Shown here piece by piece: positions 1-10,165 of a stretch of 64,000 nt of DNA (position 1 is its first letter; each line of letters begins with the position of its first letter). The stretch is from a virus. The notes beneath the pieces are model-generated. The model did no database searches, was not told the DNA's origin, and was given only the letters and a program-made list of their open reading frames with translations. A program made the position numbers and the translations under genes. The stretch lies in the IMG/VR virus record IMGVR_UViG_3300042473_001368, one strand, 5' to 3'.

Positions 1-2
1 TA

Positions 3-782
3 AATTATTACATTCATTCGTTCAATTTATCTGCAGCTGATACATTTTATGGCTCAGATCCAACATCAGTTTTCTATGGACCTGTTTCATTGATGATGTA
101 CCTCGAGCTAACTGATGGTGCTATTAAGTTATCTAAGTTTGGCTTCACACCGGATGATGAATTCACCGGATATGTTCATATTGAAACATTTGAGAATCAA
201 ATAGCTGATAGAGACTTCTACATCAGAACACAAACAGGAGCACTTTCGAGTTATAACGAGTATCTTACATATGTACAAGCTCAATCATCAACTCCTGGAT
301 TTAATTTTCCTGCTAACATTGATACGACAGCTCCTGAAGTAGGTGGTTATGATTTCAGTACATCAAGATATTCAGCACTACAACTTTATAATAGCACTGG
401 TCAATCAGTAGAGCCAAAATCTGGCGATCTAATCGAAGTGTGGCCTCTTGGCTGTGATAGACCAAATGGTAGAGGCTCTAAGATTTATGAAGTAACAGAG
501 AGAACTGATCAAGATATAGCTACTCTTAACCCTGTTCTTGGTCACTATGTTTACCGTTTAAGAGCTAAGAGATATATGCATTCATTCGAGCCTGGAGCAC
601 CAACAGAGAAACAAAATCAACAAATATTCGACAATGCTTTCTCTGGTATTATATCATCAACTATACCTGGCGTGTCAGCCTCTTCTGCGAAGTCGTACCC
701 AGGCGATATAGATAACACCTCGAGAAACGAGGTGTTTGACATGTCGGTAAATAATACCGATATCTATGGTGAATACTATTAA
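3..782 (+). CDS. gp14: T4 gp14-like neck/head-completion protein (5' partial)
   Basis: Frame is open from base 3 (NYYIHSF..FYGSDP..F). LSKFG..DE and PKSGDLI motifs match the gp14 pattern. Confidence 0.7.
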   Translation, partial: NYYIHSFNLSAADTFYGSDPTSVFYGPVSLMMYLELTDGAIKLSKFGFTPDDEFTGYVHIETFENQIADRDFYIRTQTGALSSYNEYLTYVQAQSSTPGFNFPANIDTTAPEVGGYDFSTSRYSALQLYNSTGQSVEPKSGDLIEVWPLGCDRPNGRGSKIYEVTERTDQDIATLNPVLGHYVYRLRAKRYMHSFEPGAPTEKQNQQIFDNAFSGIISSTIPGVSASSAKSYPGDIDNTSRNEVFDMSVNNTDIYGEYY

Positions 783-1138
783 AGCTTATCTCCTACAATA
801 ATACTGTTGCCTGATAGAGTAAAGTTATGAGTAGGTTGCTTAAGATCAACTTTAACATTATTAGCAGCAGCAACATCTGTAATAAACTCTGATAGTTCTC
901 TGTGCATTGCAAAGATAGCTGGTGCTCTATCTCCAAGCTCGTTTAGGATTTCCTGAGGAGTAAAGCTATCATCCGCCCATACAAGATCAATGCCTCTACG
1001 CTGTACACTAACTAAATCATTAAATGTTTCACATGTCGTATTCACAATTATATTAGCAACAGCTTTGAGTCTCTGTTGTCTCATTTCAGGTGTTACAGTC
1101 GGCGCGGCAGGAATTTTGTTATCAGTTAAGATTGACAT
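779..1138 (-). CDS. hypothetical protein
   Basis: 119-aa ORF abutting neighbours, protein-like composition. Confidence 0.7.
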   Translation of the reverse strand: MSILTDNKIPAAPTVTPEMRQQRLKAVANIIVNTTCETFNDLVSVQRRGIDLVWADDSFTPQEILNELGDRAPAIFAMHRELSEFITDVAAANNVKVDLKQPTHNFTLSGNSIIVGDKL

Positions 1139-1147
1139 ATATGATAT

Positions 1148-2062
1148 TTATGCTTTGTTGTATATATTACTTGAATCGAGAGGGTCTGAGAGAACTGCAT
1201 AGTAAATTGCTTCTTCATCAAACATTTGAGTATATTTGTCGAATGGACACTCAGCAGGAATACCACCGATTTCGAAATCATACAAATATGATTTTCTATG
1301 ACCTTTAGAGTAATCAGCTTTAGGAAGAATATTTGCATGCATATCGTAACCGAATAATGTAGGAGATGTAACATTCCATATTACTTTCGATGGCTTACCA
1401 ATTGCAGCAGCAATATGCTGTAAAGAAGAATCGATAAGAATACGTTCGGTTGATAAGTGTATGATAGCTGCTAAAGTACCTACTGTGCAACGTTCATCTA
1501 ATCTCTCGCAGTTCTCGAGTACAGGGTGATACTGATTACACACATGTAATACATGATAACCTTTCTGTACTAACATATTCACTATTGACTGAGCAATATT
1601 AGGGTGAATATCTCTAGCCCAGTTATACGGTAGCGTATGAACGCTACCTCCGAATGGCTGAAAGACGCAAAGTGGTTTCTGATTACCTAAAAATCGTTTA
1701 CCTGCAATTTCTACCTCTCTAAAATTAAAATTAAGTGATGAACTCTTGTATTGCTTTGTACCAACAAGATTGCACCAGGTTTTAATAAGGTGCAATCTCT
1801 TAAAAATATGATCTTGCTGTCTGTACGGATCCTGAGCGAAGATTTTTGTATCTGTCCTGCCTGAGATATAATCTCTATAGAAATACTCGAGACTGTTGAG
1901 GTCTCTACTCTCACTTACACCTTCATTGCGTTCAAATACTCCAGGATACGCGCTACATACAATAATATCATCGTCTTTATTTTCATGCTTATATGAATTG
2001 ATAACACTAGTAGCAGCTACATGCTTACCTAGTCCTCCTGTTATATGAAAGATTGTTCTCAT
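1148..2062 (-). CDS. glycosyltransferase, GT9/heptosyltransferase-like
   Basis: GGLGK N-terminus, QPFGGS..RD, IDSSLQHIAAA..KPS.VIW..TSP..FGY motifs. Confidence 0.7.
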   Translation of the reverse strand: MRTIFHITGGLGKHVAATSVINSYKHENKDDDIIVCSAYPGVFERNEGVSESRDLNSLEYFYRDYISGRTDTKIFAQDPYRQQDHIFKRLHLIKTWCNLVGTKQYKSSSLNFNFREVEIAGKRFLGNQKPLCVFQPFGGSVHTLPYNWARDIHPNIAQSIVNMLVQKGYHVLHVCNQYHPVLENCERLDERCTVGTLAAIIHLSTERILIDSSLQHIAAAIGKPSKVIWNVTSPTLFGYDMHANILPKADYSKGHRKSYLYDFEIGGIPAECPFDKYTQMFDEEAIYYAVLSDPLDSSNIYNKA

Positions 2063-2691
2063 TGATCGAAATTTGATTTAAAGTTCTGCCTGTCTTGATA
2101 TACAGTGTTGAATGGCTCTGTTTTTTTAACAAGATATTTTCCACCCACTCTATTATTTACAGACATGTGTTGAATGATCTTAGCATAAAAGTTATCAATC
2201 TCCATTCCTGATGGAATAGCCATATTAACAATATCTTCATATATATTTTCGGAAAGAGCGTACGCGTGAGTTGTAACTATCTGATTTCTGAATAACTGCT
2301 CTTCAAGACCACCTAAGTAGAGCATATCAAAATCGTGAAGATGGTTGTAGTTGCCTAATAGCAGATCATCAAGGTTTTTTGAAAACTGAACATCATCTTC
2401 GAAAATAAGAATACGCTTGTAATTATTCTGCTTTGCATCTGCAATACATTTGAGATGTGATAACCTACACCCTAATGCGTTCTTTATATAATTTTCATCC
2501 TTGCGATTAAAATTTCTATATACGCTATCAGGTATCGAACTTAGATCTACATCTACAACTGAGCCCTCTGTACGTTTATAATTTTTAATGCCAAACAATG
2601 CAAAATATTTTAACATGTTGTTATTCCTATCTTCGTCTTTCTCTAGATTTATATAGTAAATCATGTCAAAGATGTTATCTGCAAGACTCAT
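2059..2691 (-). CDS. glycosyltransferase family 25
   Basis: YYINLEKDEDR, GC.LSH, ILIFEDDV, LYLGG, TTHAY motifs. Confidence 0.8.
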   Translation of the reverse strand: MSLADNIFDMIYYINLEKDEDRNNNMLKYFALFGIKNYKRTEGSVVDVDLSSIPDSVYRNFNRKDENYIKNALGCRLSHLKCIADAKQNNYKRILIFEDDVQFSKNLDDLLLGNYNHLHDFDMLYLGGLEEQLFRNQIVTTHAYALSENIYEDIVNMAIPSGMEIDNFYAKIIQHMSVNNRVGGKYLVKKTEPFNTVYQDRQNFKSNFDQ

Positions 2692-2758
2692 GCCGGTATT
2701 TTATATTTAAAATATTACTTATCAACTATAAAATAGACCATCATTGCTTTACTGGTTT

Positions 2759-3562
2759 CAATGTGTAAATAACTACATGGACAAAGAAGTTTTCTTTATT
2801 AACGGAATGCCTCGCTCAGGGTCAACGCTCTTATGCAATATTCTAGCTCAAAACCCAGGTTTTCATACAACACCTACAAGCGGATTATCTGATATTGTGT
2901 CAAACATAAATCATATGTGGCATCAGAATCCGACTATAAAAGCTTCTGAACCCCCTGAAAAACAGTTAAGAGTTATTAAGGATTTAATACAGTCTTATCA
3001 CAGTGATACAGATAGACCTGTAGTGTTCAATAAGTCACGAGGTTGGTGTCCTCTAATAGAGCTCATAGAACTATCTACTGAGAAGCCTATTAAGATTCTA
3101 ACAACAATAAGAAGCTTACCGTGTATAATTGCGTCTTTTGAAAAATTGTACAGAAAAGAATTAAAAAACATAAGTTCTCCTATGCAACGTACTCAAGAGA
3201 TGGGTATTATGTCAACTCGTATAAACGCTTGGACGAATGGTGTAGTTGGTTCAACATTCAATACCATACAAGATGCTTTCCTACGTGGTCATAAAAGTAA
3301 GTTTCATTTTATTGATTACGAAAAACTTACTACATCGCCAGAAATCGCTATGAGAGGTGTTTATGAGTTTTTAGATAAACCTTATTTTAACCACGATTTT
3401 AACAATGTTGTACAATATACATTCGAAAAAGATATTGAACATGGCTTTACTGATCTACACACTATTAGACCTATAATTAAGCCGCAAATTGATGATAGTA
3501 AAGAGATCTTAGGACCGCTTTACGACAATCTTACAGGTTTTCATTATGATTTTCACGGTTAA
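2759..3562 (+). CDS. sulfotransferase family protein
   Basis: GMPRSGSTLL PAPS-binding motif, KSR.W, IDYEKL..SPE; start at MDKEV after a TAAATA late promoter. Confidence 0.8.
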   Translation, partial: QCVNNYMDKEVFFINGMPRSGSTLLCNILAQNPGFHTTPTSGLSDIVSNINHMWHQNPTIKASEPPEKQLRVIKDLIQSYHSDTDRPVVFNKSRGWCPLIELIELSTEKPIKILTTIRSLPCIIASFEKLYRKELKNISSPMQRTQEMGIMSTRINAWTNGVVGSTFNTIQDAFLRGHKSKFHFIDYEKLTTSPEIAMRGVYEFLDKPYFNHDFNNVVQYTFEKDIEHGFTDLHTIRPIIKPQIDDSKEILGPLYDNLTGFHYDFHG

Positions 3563-4792
3563 TTAACTAACTAACGGGATACGGAACCAGCTACCATTAA
3601 TGTTGACGCATAAACTATCAGTTGAATAACCTGTGAAATTTACTGTACCTCCAAGACTTAGTGGATTATTACTTGATCCAAGAACTAGCTGACCCGATCC
3701 TGTGACAATAGCACCAGCTCCAATAGCAATTGAATCACAAACATTAGATACGCTCTGACCAGCATTACAGCCAATAAAAACCGAATTTTTAACATACGTT
3801 GCATTAAGACCTGCAGCGTAACCTATAAATGTAACATGACAGCTATTAGTTGCACAAATTCCCGCACTGTTACCTATAAAATTAGCATGACAGCTAGTAC
3901 TAGCACCTCTACCTGTATATCTACCGATAAATATATTGTTATTTGTATTATTTGATGCTTTACCTGCACTGTAACCTATAAATGTTACATCATTGTTAGT
4001 CGTTGATCCGCAACCTGCGCACCTACCTATAAAATTAGAGTCACAGACAGTACTAGCGTTTCTACCAGCGCATGTACCGAAGACGTTATTATGACACGCC
4101 GTAATCATTCCTACACCAGCATTATTACCTATAAAGTTAGAATCAGTTGTTGCTGTAACACCATTACCTGCATTACATCCTATAAAATTAGAATTACTTG
4201 CTGATGTAGAATTACATCCTGCTCTTTCTCCGATAAAATTAGAAAAACTAGATGATGTTGCACCGTAACCAGCCGCGTTACCTATAAAATTAGAAGAACT
4301 CGCAGAACCCGCTCCGCAGCCAGCCGCGTTACCTATAAAATTAGAAGTACTTGATGATGTTGCACTTCTACCAGCATTATTACCTATAAAGTTAGAATTC
4401 TGAGCTGACGTTGCACCGTTACCTGCATTAAGACCTATGAAATTAGCACACGTAGAACTTGTAGCGTTATTACCAGCACTTCGGCCTACAAAGAAACTAT
4501 CTGAACGAGTCGCACTTATAGGTATGCTACCTATGTTAATTGCACTTGATGCGAATGTCTGAGTCTGAGTAAATGTATTTGCTGCGCTAAGTCGAGCATA
4601 ACCGCTTAAAGAGCTACTGAGAGCATAAGAGCTTAGAGAGCTATTGAGAGCATAAGAGCTTAGTGCAGTACTTGAAATATATAAGGAAATTGAACTTGCT
4701 AAACCTCTTACAGTAACACCTCCCTGAACAAAAACGAGTGTCTCACTTCCTGAAAGTGGTTGCGCGGAGGGTAGTTGTGAAATCTTTGGCAT
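3563..4792 (-). CDS. tail-fibre/adhesin-like protein with ~14-aa NFIG..AG..A repeats
   Basis: MPKISQLPSA..LSG.E N-terminus typical of phage fibres, many NFIG/FIG repeats, late promoter upstream on the minus strand. Confidence 0.65.
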   Translation of the reverse strand: MPKISQLPSAQPLSGSETLVFVQGGVTVRGLASSISLYISSTALSSYALNSSLSSYALSSSLSGYARLSAANTFTQTQTFASSAINIGSIPISATRSDSFFVGRSAGNNATSSTCANFIGLNAGNGATSAQNSNFIGNNAGRSATSSSTSNFIGNAAGCGAGSASSSNFIGNAAGYGATSSSFSNFIGERAGCNSTSASNSNFIGCNAGNGVTATTDSNFIGNNAGVGMITACHNNVFGTCAGRNASTVCDSNFIGRCAGCGSTTNNDVTFIGYSAGKASNNTNNNIFIGRYTGRGASTSCHANFIGNSAGICATNSCHVTFIGYAAGLNATYVKNSVFIGCNAGQSVSNVCDSIAIGAGAIVTGSGQLVLGSSNNPLSLGGTVNFTGYSTDSLCVNINGSWFRIPLVS

Positions 4793-4838
4793 AATAATAT
4801 TTATGGAACTCTTATATAATTAGTATATAATTATTAAA

Positions 4839-5531
4839 ATGGTTAAATTCGATAAAGACACTCACACCTATACCAATGTTATTACTGACGAGAAGTATAT
4901 TTCGTGTACAACATTGCTAGGAAAATATGTAAAACCATTTGATTCCGACTACCATGCAGAAAGAGTAGCAAAACGTGAAGGTGTGTCAAAAGAATTTATA
5001 CTCAATGTTTGGAAGCAGCAAAACGATACTGCGAACGAAAGAGGTACAAAAATTCACAAGCTGCTTGAAGATTATATTGGTGAAGGAGTAACTGATTCAC
5101 TATATAATTGGCTCTACAAATCGTATGATAATGTATGTGCTGAAGTCATTAGCAAGTACAAAACTGTACAGACAGAGCATATGCTTCATAATCACGAATT
5201 TAAGATTGCAGGCACATCTGACCTTATCTTTGATCATGGTGATACATTCACTGTGGCAGACTTTAAGACTAACAAAGCGTTTAAGTTTGAAAATAAGTAT
5301 AATGAATTTCTTTTAGACCCTGTGTCTCACATGATGTATAGTCAATTCACTGTGTACGCCTTACAATTGTCTCTCTATGCTTATATGCATGAGCTCCTAA
5401 GCGGAAAGCGGTGTAGAAAGCTTGTGTCATTATATTTAAAGGATGATAAGATAGTACCTTACCATTTTAACTATTTGAAGACTGATATTATTAACATTTT
5501 GAATCACTACAGCCTAAATAGCTGTAAATGA
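4839..5531 (+). CDS. PD-(D/E)XK (Cas4-like) exonuclease
   Basis: RGTKIH, IAGTSDL, ADFKT, YALQLSLY motifs. Confidence 0.8.
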   Translation: MVKFDKDTHTYTNVITDEKYISCTTLLGKYVKPFDSDYHAERVAKREGVSKEFILNVWKQQNDTANERGTKIHKLLEDYIGEGVTDSLYNWLYKSYDNVCAEVISKYKTVQTEHMLHNHEFKIAGTSDLIFDHGDTFTVADFKTNKAFKFENKYNEFLLDPVSHMMYSQFTVYALQLSLYAYMHELLSGKRCRKLVSLYLKDDKIVPYHFNYLKTDIINILNHYSLNSCK

Positions 5532-5743
5532 AAAAAGATGTTTTACTAAAAAAATTAGATTCACATATCGAAAAGATTCAAGACACACTAGATGATATAT
5601 CATCCTTGCTTGAATTAGATGTTGATGATGAAGAGCTTGCTCAGATGTCTGTGATATTTAAAGAACACGTAGAGGCTGCAATTACAGATAATGATGAGTG
5701 TAGCTACAGTGATATCGCTGATTATATAAGAGAAAATTTATAA
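5528..5743 (+). CDS. acidic hypothetical protein
   Basis: 71-aa ORF coupled to the exonuclease by an ATGA overlap. Confidence 0.65.
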   Translation: MKKDVLLKKLDSHIEKIQDTLDDISSLLELDVDDEELAQMSVIFKEHVEAAITDNDECSYSDIADYIRENL

Positions 5744-5777
5744 GTTGATTTTCTGAGATCATCATTATAATTGTTTT

Positions 5778-6647
5778 ATGGTGAATGTGTTGATCCTAGG
5801 AAATGGCTATGTTGGCAATGAACTTAATAGATTGTTAAATAGATGTAATGTACACTTTAAATCTTTAAAAGATCTTAATTATCACGATCAAGGAACTCTA
5901 CGGAGATACATAGGTAATAACAATATATCCTATGTTATTAACTGTGCTGGTTTTACTGGGCGTCCTAATGTTGATGAATGCGAAGAAAAAAGAGAATTGT
6001 GTACTAAGCTTAATGTAACTGTACCTCTGCAGATCGCAGAATCCTGCAAAGCACTATATGTAAATTATATCCACATCTCATCAGGTTGCATTTATGGCGG
6101 TTATGAAAAAAATTATACAGAAGAAGATACTCCCAATTTTGGTTTCTACGATAGTCATTCTTCGTTTTATAGTAAAACGAAACACCTTTACGAAATATTG
6201 AGTAATGTAGGTCTTACAATAAGAGTAAGAATGCCATTCACGCCATATGCTAGTAATCGAAACTATCTCAACAAACTAATCGCTTATGATACACTTATTG
6301 ATTGCGTAAACTCTAAGACATATTTGCCAGATTTGTGTAATTTTATTCAGTATATTATTGATAATAATATCTACACCAATAATATCGGTGCGGTAAACTT
6401 TGTAAATCCTTCGCCTCTTTGTACTAAGCAAGTAGTTGAGCTAATGGAAGAGTTTAATTTAGTGGATTCATCAACTAAACAGTTCGTGTTAACTGTAGAA
6501 TCTCTCAATGTAAAAGCAAACAGATCAAATTGCGTGCTTGAAAATAAGAAACTTGCTGAATTATATCCAGATTTCTCTATACGTACAGAACGCGAAGCAA
6601 TAAATCATGCTTTGTCTGAAATGAAGGAACTATCAAACACAAAATAA
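5778..6647 (+). CDS. RmlD-like NDP-sugar reductase, NRS/ER (3,5-epimerase/4-reductase)-like
   Basis: ILGNGYVG Rossmann motif, INCAGFTGRPNVDECE, SSGCIY, SFYSKTK, RVRMP. Confidence 0.75.
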   Translation: MVNVLILGNGYVGNELNRLLNRCNVHFKSLKDLNYHDQGTLRRYIGNNNISYVINCAGFTGRPNVDECEEKRELCTKLNVTVPLQIAESCKALYVNYIHISSGCIYGGYEKNYTEEDTPNFGFYDSHSSFYSKTKHLYEILSNVGLTIRVRMPFTPYASNRNYLNKLIAYDTLIDCVNSKTYLPDLCNFIQYIIDNNIYTNNIGAVNFVNPSPLCTKQVVELMEEFNLVDSSTKQFVLTVESLNVKANRSNCVLENKKLAELYPDFSIRTEREAINHALSEMKELSNTK

Positions 6648-7375
6648 TGACAAAAGGAATCGTCCTCGCAGGTGGAAAGGGTACACGTTTGTACCCGCTA
6701 ACGCATAGTATTAGTAAACAGTTACTGCCTGTTTATAACAAGCCTATGATATATTACCCTCTTCAAACTCTAAAAGATATGGGTGTAACTGATGTTCTAA
6801 TCATTGTATCAGATCTTGTACAGTTCATGCTTTTTAATAAGCAGTTAAAGTCTGGTGAAGATTATGGGATGAACATAAAGTATGAGGTTCAAGAGTCGCC
6901 TAATGGCTTACCTGAGGCATTCATTATTGGAGAAGAATTTATTGGCGATGATGATGTTGTGCTTGTCTTAGGTGACAATGTATTCATCACAAATACACCA
7001 CTCAAAGCTTCACCTAATACAATCTTTACATATAGTGTACAGAATCCCTCAGCATATGGTGTTGTAGAGGTTAAAGATAATAAACTTGTACAGATTGTTG
7101 AGAAACCTAAAGAATTTGTGTCGAATGACGCAGTAGTTGGATTGTATTCGTTTACAAATACTGCAGTGAAATTAGCTAAGGAGTTAAAGCCTTCATCTCG
7201 CAATGAATTAGAGATAGTGGACCTCATTAGGAACCTCGATAAATTAGAGGGAGTTAATATTCACAAGTTAGATGGCTTCTGGTTTGATTGCGGAACGCAT
7301 CAAGATTTATTAGAGTGCGCAAATCTGATTGAAGCTATTGAACACAGAACAACACAAATAATTGGATTACACTAA
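6647..7375 (+). CDS. rmlA: glucose-1-phosphate thymidylyltransferase
   Basis: GIVLAGGKGTRLYPLT..ISKQLLPVYNKPMIYYPL, LGDN, EKP, RNELEI, WFDCGT. Confidence 0.95.
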   Translation: MTKGIVLAGGKGTRLYPLTHSISKQLLPVYNKPMIYYPLQTLKDMGVTDVLIIVSDLVQFMLFNKQLKSGEDYGMNIKYEVQESPNGLPEAFIIGEEFIGDDDVVLVLGDNVFITNTPLKASPNTIFTYSVQNPSAYGVVEVKDNKLVQIVEKPKEFVSNDAVVGLYSFTNTAVKLAKELKPSSRNELEIVDLIRNLDKLEGVNIHKLDGFWFDCGTHQDLLECANLIEAIEHRTTQIIGLH

Positions 7376-8380
7376 ATGAAACGTATTATAGTAACAGGCG
7401 GATTTGGCTTTATTGGTTCTCATGTAATTGAAGAGCTTTTAAAGAGAACAGATGTAGAGATTATCGCAAATATCGATAACCTTCAGATTGGTAGTGATCC
7501 TAATAACCTACCGAAAGATTCGAGACTTCAAAACTTTGGCGCTGATATAGCAAATAAGAAAGTAATGGATAGTATTGTTAGGAAGGTTAAACCCACGCAT
7601 ATTATTCACCTTGCGGCAGAATCGCATGTTGACAGATCAATTACAGGTCCGATCAACTTTATAACTACAAATGTATTAGGTACTACAGTTCTTCTTGAAT
7701 GCTTGAGATTGATTGCTCCTACAGCAAAGTTTGTTCATGTATCTACTGATGAAGTTTATGGACATTTAGAGTCGCGAGACGCTGAACCATTTACAGAGAA
7801 AACTCCTTTGGATCCTCGTTCACCATACTCTTCATCAAAAGCTTCTTCTGACCTTATTGCGCTCTCTTATAAGAGTACATATGGTCTTGATATTACAGTA
7901 ACTCGTTGCTGCAATAATTATGGTGAGCGTCAATTCGACGAGAAATTCATTCCTACTATTCTTAAGCATATCGTAGAGAAGAAACAGATTCCAGTTTATG
8001 GTAATGGGCAGAATGTAAGAGAATGGATTTATGTCAAAGACCATGCGAAAGCGCTTCTAGAGGTTCTGTTCAGTAATAAACCAGAAGATGTGTACAATAT
8101 ATTTGGCACAGAGCGCTTATCTAATCTCCAATTAATTAATGTTATCACAGATATTGTTGAGGATGTATATCCAATGTACAAGCAGCAGAATTACATTAAG
8201 TTTGTTGAAGACCGGAAAGGTCATGATTTTTGCTACATGATTGGAACAATTCACGATAACGCAATTGACGCACTTTATAGTCAGCAAGATTTTTATGCGT
8301 CGTTAGAGAAGGTCGTGAAGTTCTACGCAGATAAATTTACATCGCAAAAATACAAAACGAACTCCTATACAATTGTGTAG
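7376..8380 (+). CDS. rmlB: dTDP-glucose 4,6-dehydratase
   Basis: VTGGFGFIGS, HLAAESHVDRSI, HVSTDEVYG, PYSSSKASSD, NNYG, R.GHD. Confidence 0.95.
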   Translation: MKRIIVTGGFGFIGSHVIEELLKRTDVEIIANIDNLQIGSDPNNLPKDSRLQNFGADIANKKVMDSIVRKVKPTHIIHLAAESHVDRSITGPINFITTNVLGTTVLLECLRLIAPTAKFVHVSTDEVYGHLESRDAEPFTEKTPLDPRSPYSSSKASSDLIALSYKSTYGLDITVTRCCNNYGERQFDEKFIPTILKHIVEKKQIPVYGNGQNVREWIYVKDHAKALLEVLFSNKPEDVYNIFGTERLSNLQLINVITDIVEDVYPMYKQQNYIKFVEDRKGHDFCYMIGTIHDNAIDALYSQQDFYASLEKVVKFYADKFTSQKYKTNSYTIV

Positions 8381-8384
8381 TATG

Positions 8385-8651
8385 AGAGTTCTAAGAGTTA
8401 TCACTCCAAAGGAAAATGCACAATGGGATCCAGAAGTAGCGTGCGATGTTCTTATTGATTACTTCTACGAGGTTGATCATGAGAACAAAGGCGTCAAGTT
8501 TGTTGATGTAAAGGGATACGTAGCTAACGAGGATGGCAAATTAACTCTTTGGGAACTTCCATATAATAAGAAACTGCTTATGATTGGCATGATCCTTAAT
8601 AGTCCGCTTGCGCACGAATCTCATTATTTTTTACATAAAGACGAAGAATGA
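8385..8651 (+). CDS. hypothetical protein
   Basis: ORF in a tightly packed operon; likely start MRVLRV. Confidence 0.55.
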   Translation, partial: RVLRVITPKENAQWDPEVACDVLIDYFYEVDHENKGVKFVDVKGYVANEDGKLTLWELPYNKKLLMIGMILNSPLAHESHYFLHKDEE

Positions 8652-8836
8652 AAGAATACGAAAGTACGATTGGTAAGTATCGATTCAAGCTCGATGCTCA
8701 AATGAATAAGATTGAGGTATACTGTCAGTCAAAAGGAGTAGAGCCTTTAGCTCTCATACAAGTGAAGCCTAATTTGCAAGAGAAGGACTTTCATTATGAG
8801 ATCATGCAATGGGCATCAGAAAATAACGCAATATAA
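8648..8836 (+). CDS. hypothetical protein
   Basis: 62-aa ORF, ATGA overlap. Confidence 0.55.
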   Translation: MKEYESTIGKYRFKLDAQMNKIEVYCQSKGVEPLALIQVKPNLQEKDFHYEIMQWASENNAI

Positions 8837-8841
8837 AATAT

Positions 8842-9084
8842 ATGTACTGTAACTGTGGAAATAAGATTGAAGAAGCTCGTCTCGAGCTTAAACTAGAGAA
8901 GTGTAGGGTTTGTGCTTTTGCTGGACCTGATCTACGTCCTAAAGGTCGAATGATTTATAGCCATAAAACCGCTGGTGAGATTGAGATCTTGTCGCATAGT
9001 ACTTGGCAGGAGAATCGTTCACGCTTTCAAGCTAATGGTGCTCGCAGCGCAGTTAAGAATTTTAGTAAAAACGTTTGTAGTTAA
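8842..9084 (+). CDS. small Zn-finger protein (DksA/TraR-like C4 pattern)
   Basis: C.CG..IE.ARL.L....C..CA; TATAAATA immediately upstream. Confidence 0.55.
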   Translation: MYCNCGNKIEEARLELKLEKCRVCAFAGPDLRPKGRMIYSHKTAGEIEILSHSTWQENRSRFQANGARSAVKNFSKNVCS

Positions 9085-9085
9085 T

Positions 9086-9637
9086 ATGAAAAAAGAAAGT
9101 TCATTTAAGGCTCAATGGAAAGCCGAGACAGACTTTATCAATGGTCTTGTCAAAAAATATCCAAATGTAAAATGGAGCCATGGCTCTCCTGAGATTAGCG
9201 ATTGCCCTACGGGCTGGCGACCAATTGTTGAAGACTTGTTTGCTGAGCTCGATACTCTTTCAAGAAATGGTATTGGCTATTACGAGTCTGGTTTGGTCAA
9301 GCGCATTATTGATGAGTGCAATCGTTTTCTCGATAAACTGCACATGCCTCGCAAATTAAGATTTAAAAGAAGATTTGCAAAACATCGTGTCGAAAAACCA
9401 GATATCAAAATTGAACAGCTTAAAGAAAAATTTGCTGAACTGCGAGTCTATTATAGTTATAATGATCAAAGAGCACATGATCGCGTACAAGGTATGATTG
9501 ATCTTGCAGAAAGAATTTGTAGCCACACGTGTCAGGTTAGCGGAGCAGATGGCAAGCTAAGAACTGATGGTTGGTGGGTTGTGCTAAGCGATAAAGAATA
9601 TTTAAAACTTAAAAAGAGAAAATATGGAAAAACGTAA
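9086..9637 (+). CDS. conserved phage hypothetical protein
   Basis: GW.P.V..L, Q.KEKFAELRVY, S...C.V.G..G.L...GW..VL motifs common in phage proteins. Confidence 0.65.
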   Translation: MKKESSFKAQWKAETDFINGLVKKYPNVKWSHGSPEISDCPTGWRPIVEDLFAELDTLSRNGIGYYESGLVKRIIDECNRFLDKLHMPRKLRFKRRFAKHRVEKPDIKIEQLKEKFAELRVYYSYNDQRAHDRVQGMIDLAERICSHTCQVSGADGKLRTDGWWVVLSDKEYLKLKKRKYGKT

Positions 9638-10145
9638 ACAATATGCAATTGGTCAACATGATCTTTGCTGCGAGCATCTAGGAATCGGCAATAGTCACGA
9701 AGATCGATGTGATACTCTTTTTGAGGCAGTGCTTGCTTTGCAAGACGATCTTACAAAGTTTAAAGAACGAGCTGCTGGTCTCGAGACTCTCGCTGGTGAA
9801 TTGATCACGATGTTTCGTGTTAATGTACAGCGTGGCAATATTAACTTAAAGGATGCTGAGCTTGATACTCATTTGACACCATGGATTCAACGATTGCAAA
9901 AGTTAAAACAGATTAAGACACTTGGAAATATGCCAAAAGCATGGTTTGAAGCTAGCGCTAAAATTGAAGCAGATAGCATTATTGTAGGTAATCGATCTGA
10001 GCCAACTCATCCTTACCCGCAGAAATATAGTGTTTGTGATGGGTGCAATAAACGAGTAGAAGTAACTTTTGGTGGATCACATAGCGATTGTAGTTATGTA
10101 TATGGCCGCAGAGGCTGGCGTCAACTTGGCTCGTATGATGGCTAA
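9624..10145 (+). CDS. hypothetical protein
   Basis: 173-aa ORF overlapping the upstream stop. Confidence 0.6.
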   Translation: MEKRKQYAIGQHDLCCEHLGIGNSHEDRCDTLFEAVLALQDDLTKFKERAAGLETLAGELITMFRVNVQRGNINLKDAELDTHLTPWIQRLQKLKQIKTLGNMPKAWFEASAKIEADSIIVGNRSEPTHPYPQKYSVCDGCNKRVEVTFGGSHSDCSYVYGRRGWRQLGSYDG

Positions 10146-10165
10146 ACAAAAAAATAAGAAATAAT

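Noticed and set aside
4839-5531. Cas4 as part of a CRISPR system
   Set aside because: It is a solitary PD-(D/E)XK exonuclease typical of large phages, with no array or other cas genes in the window.
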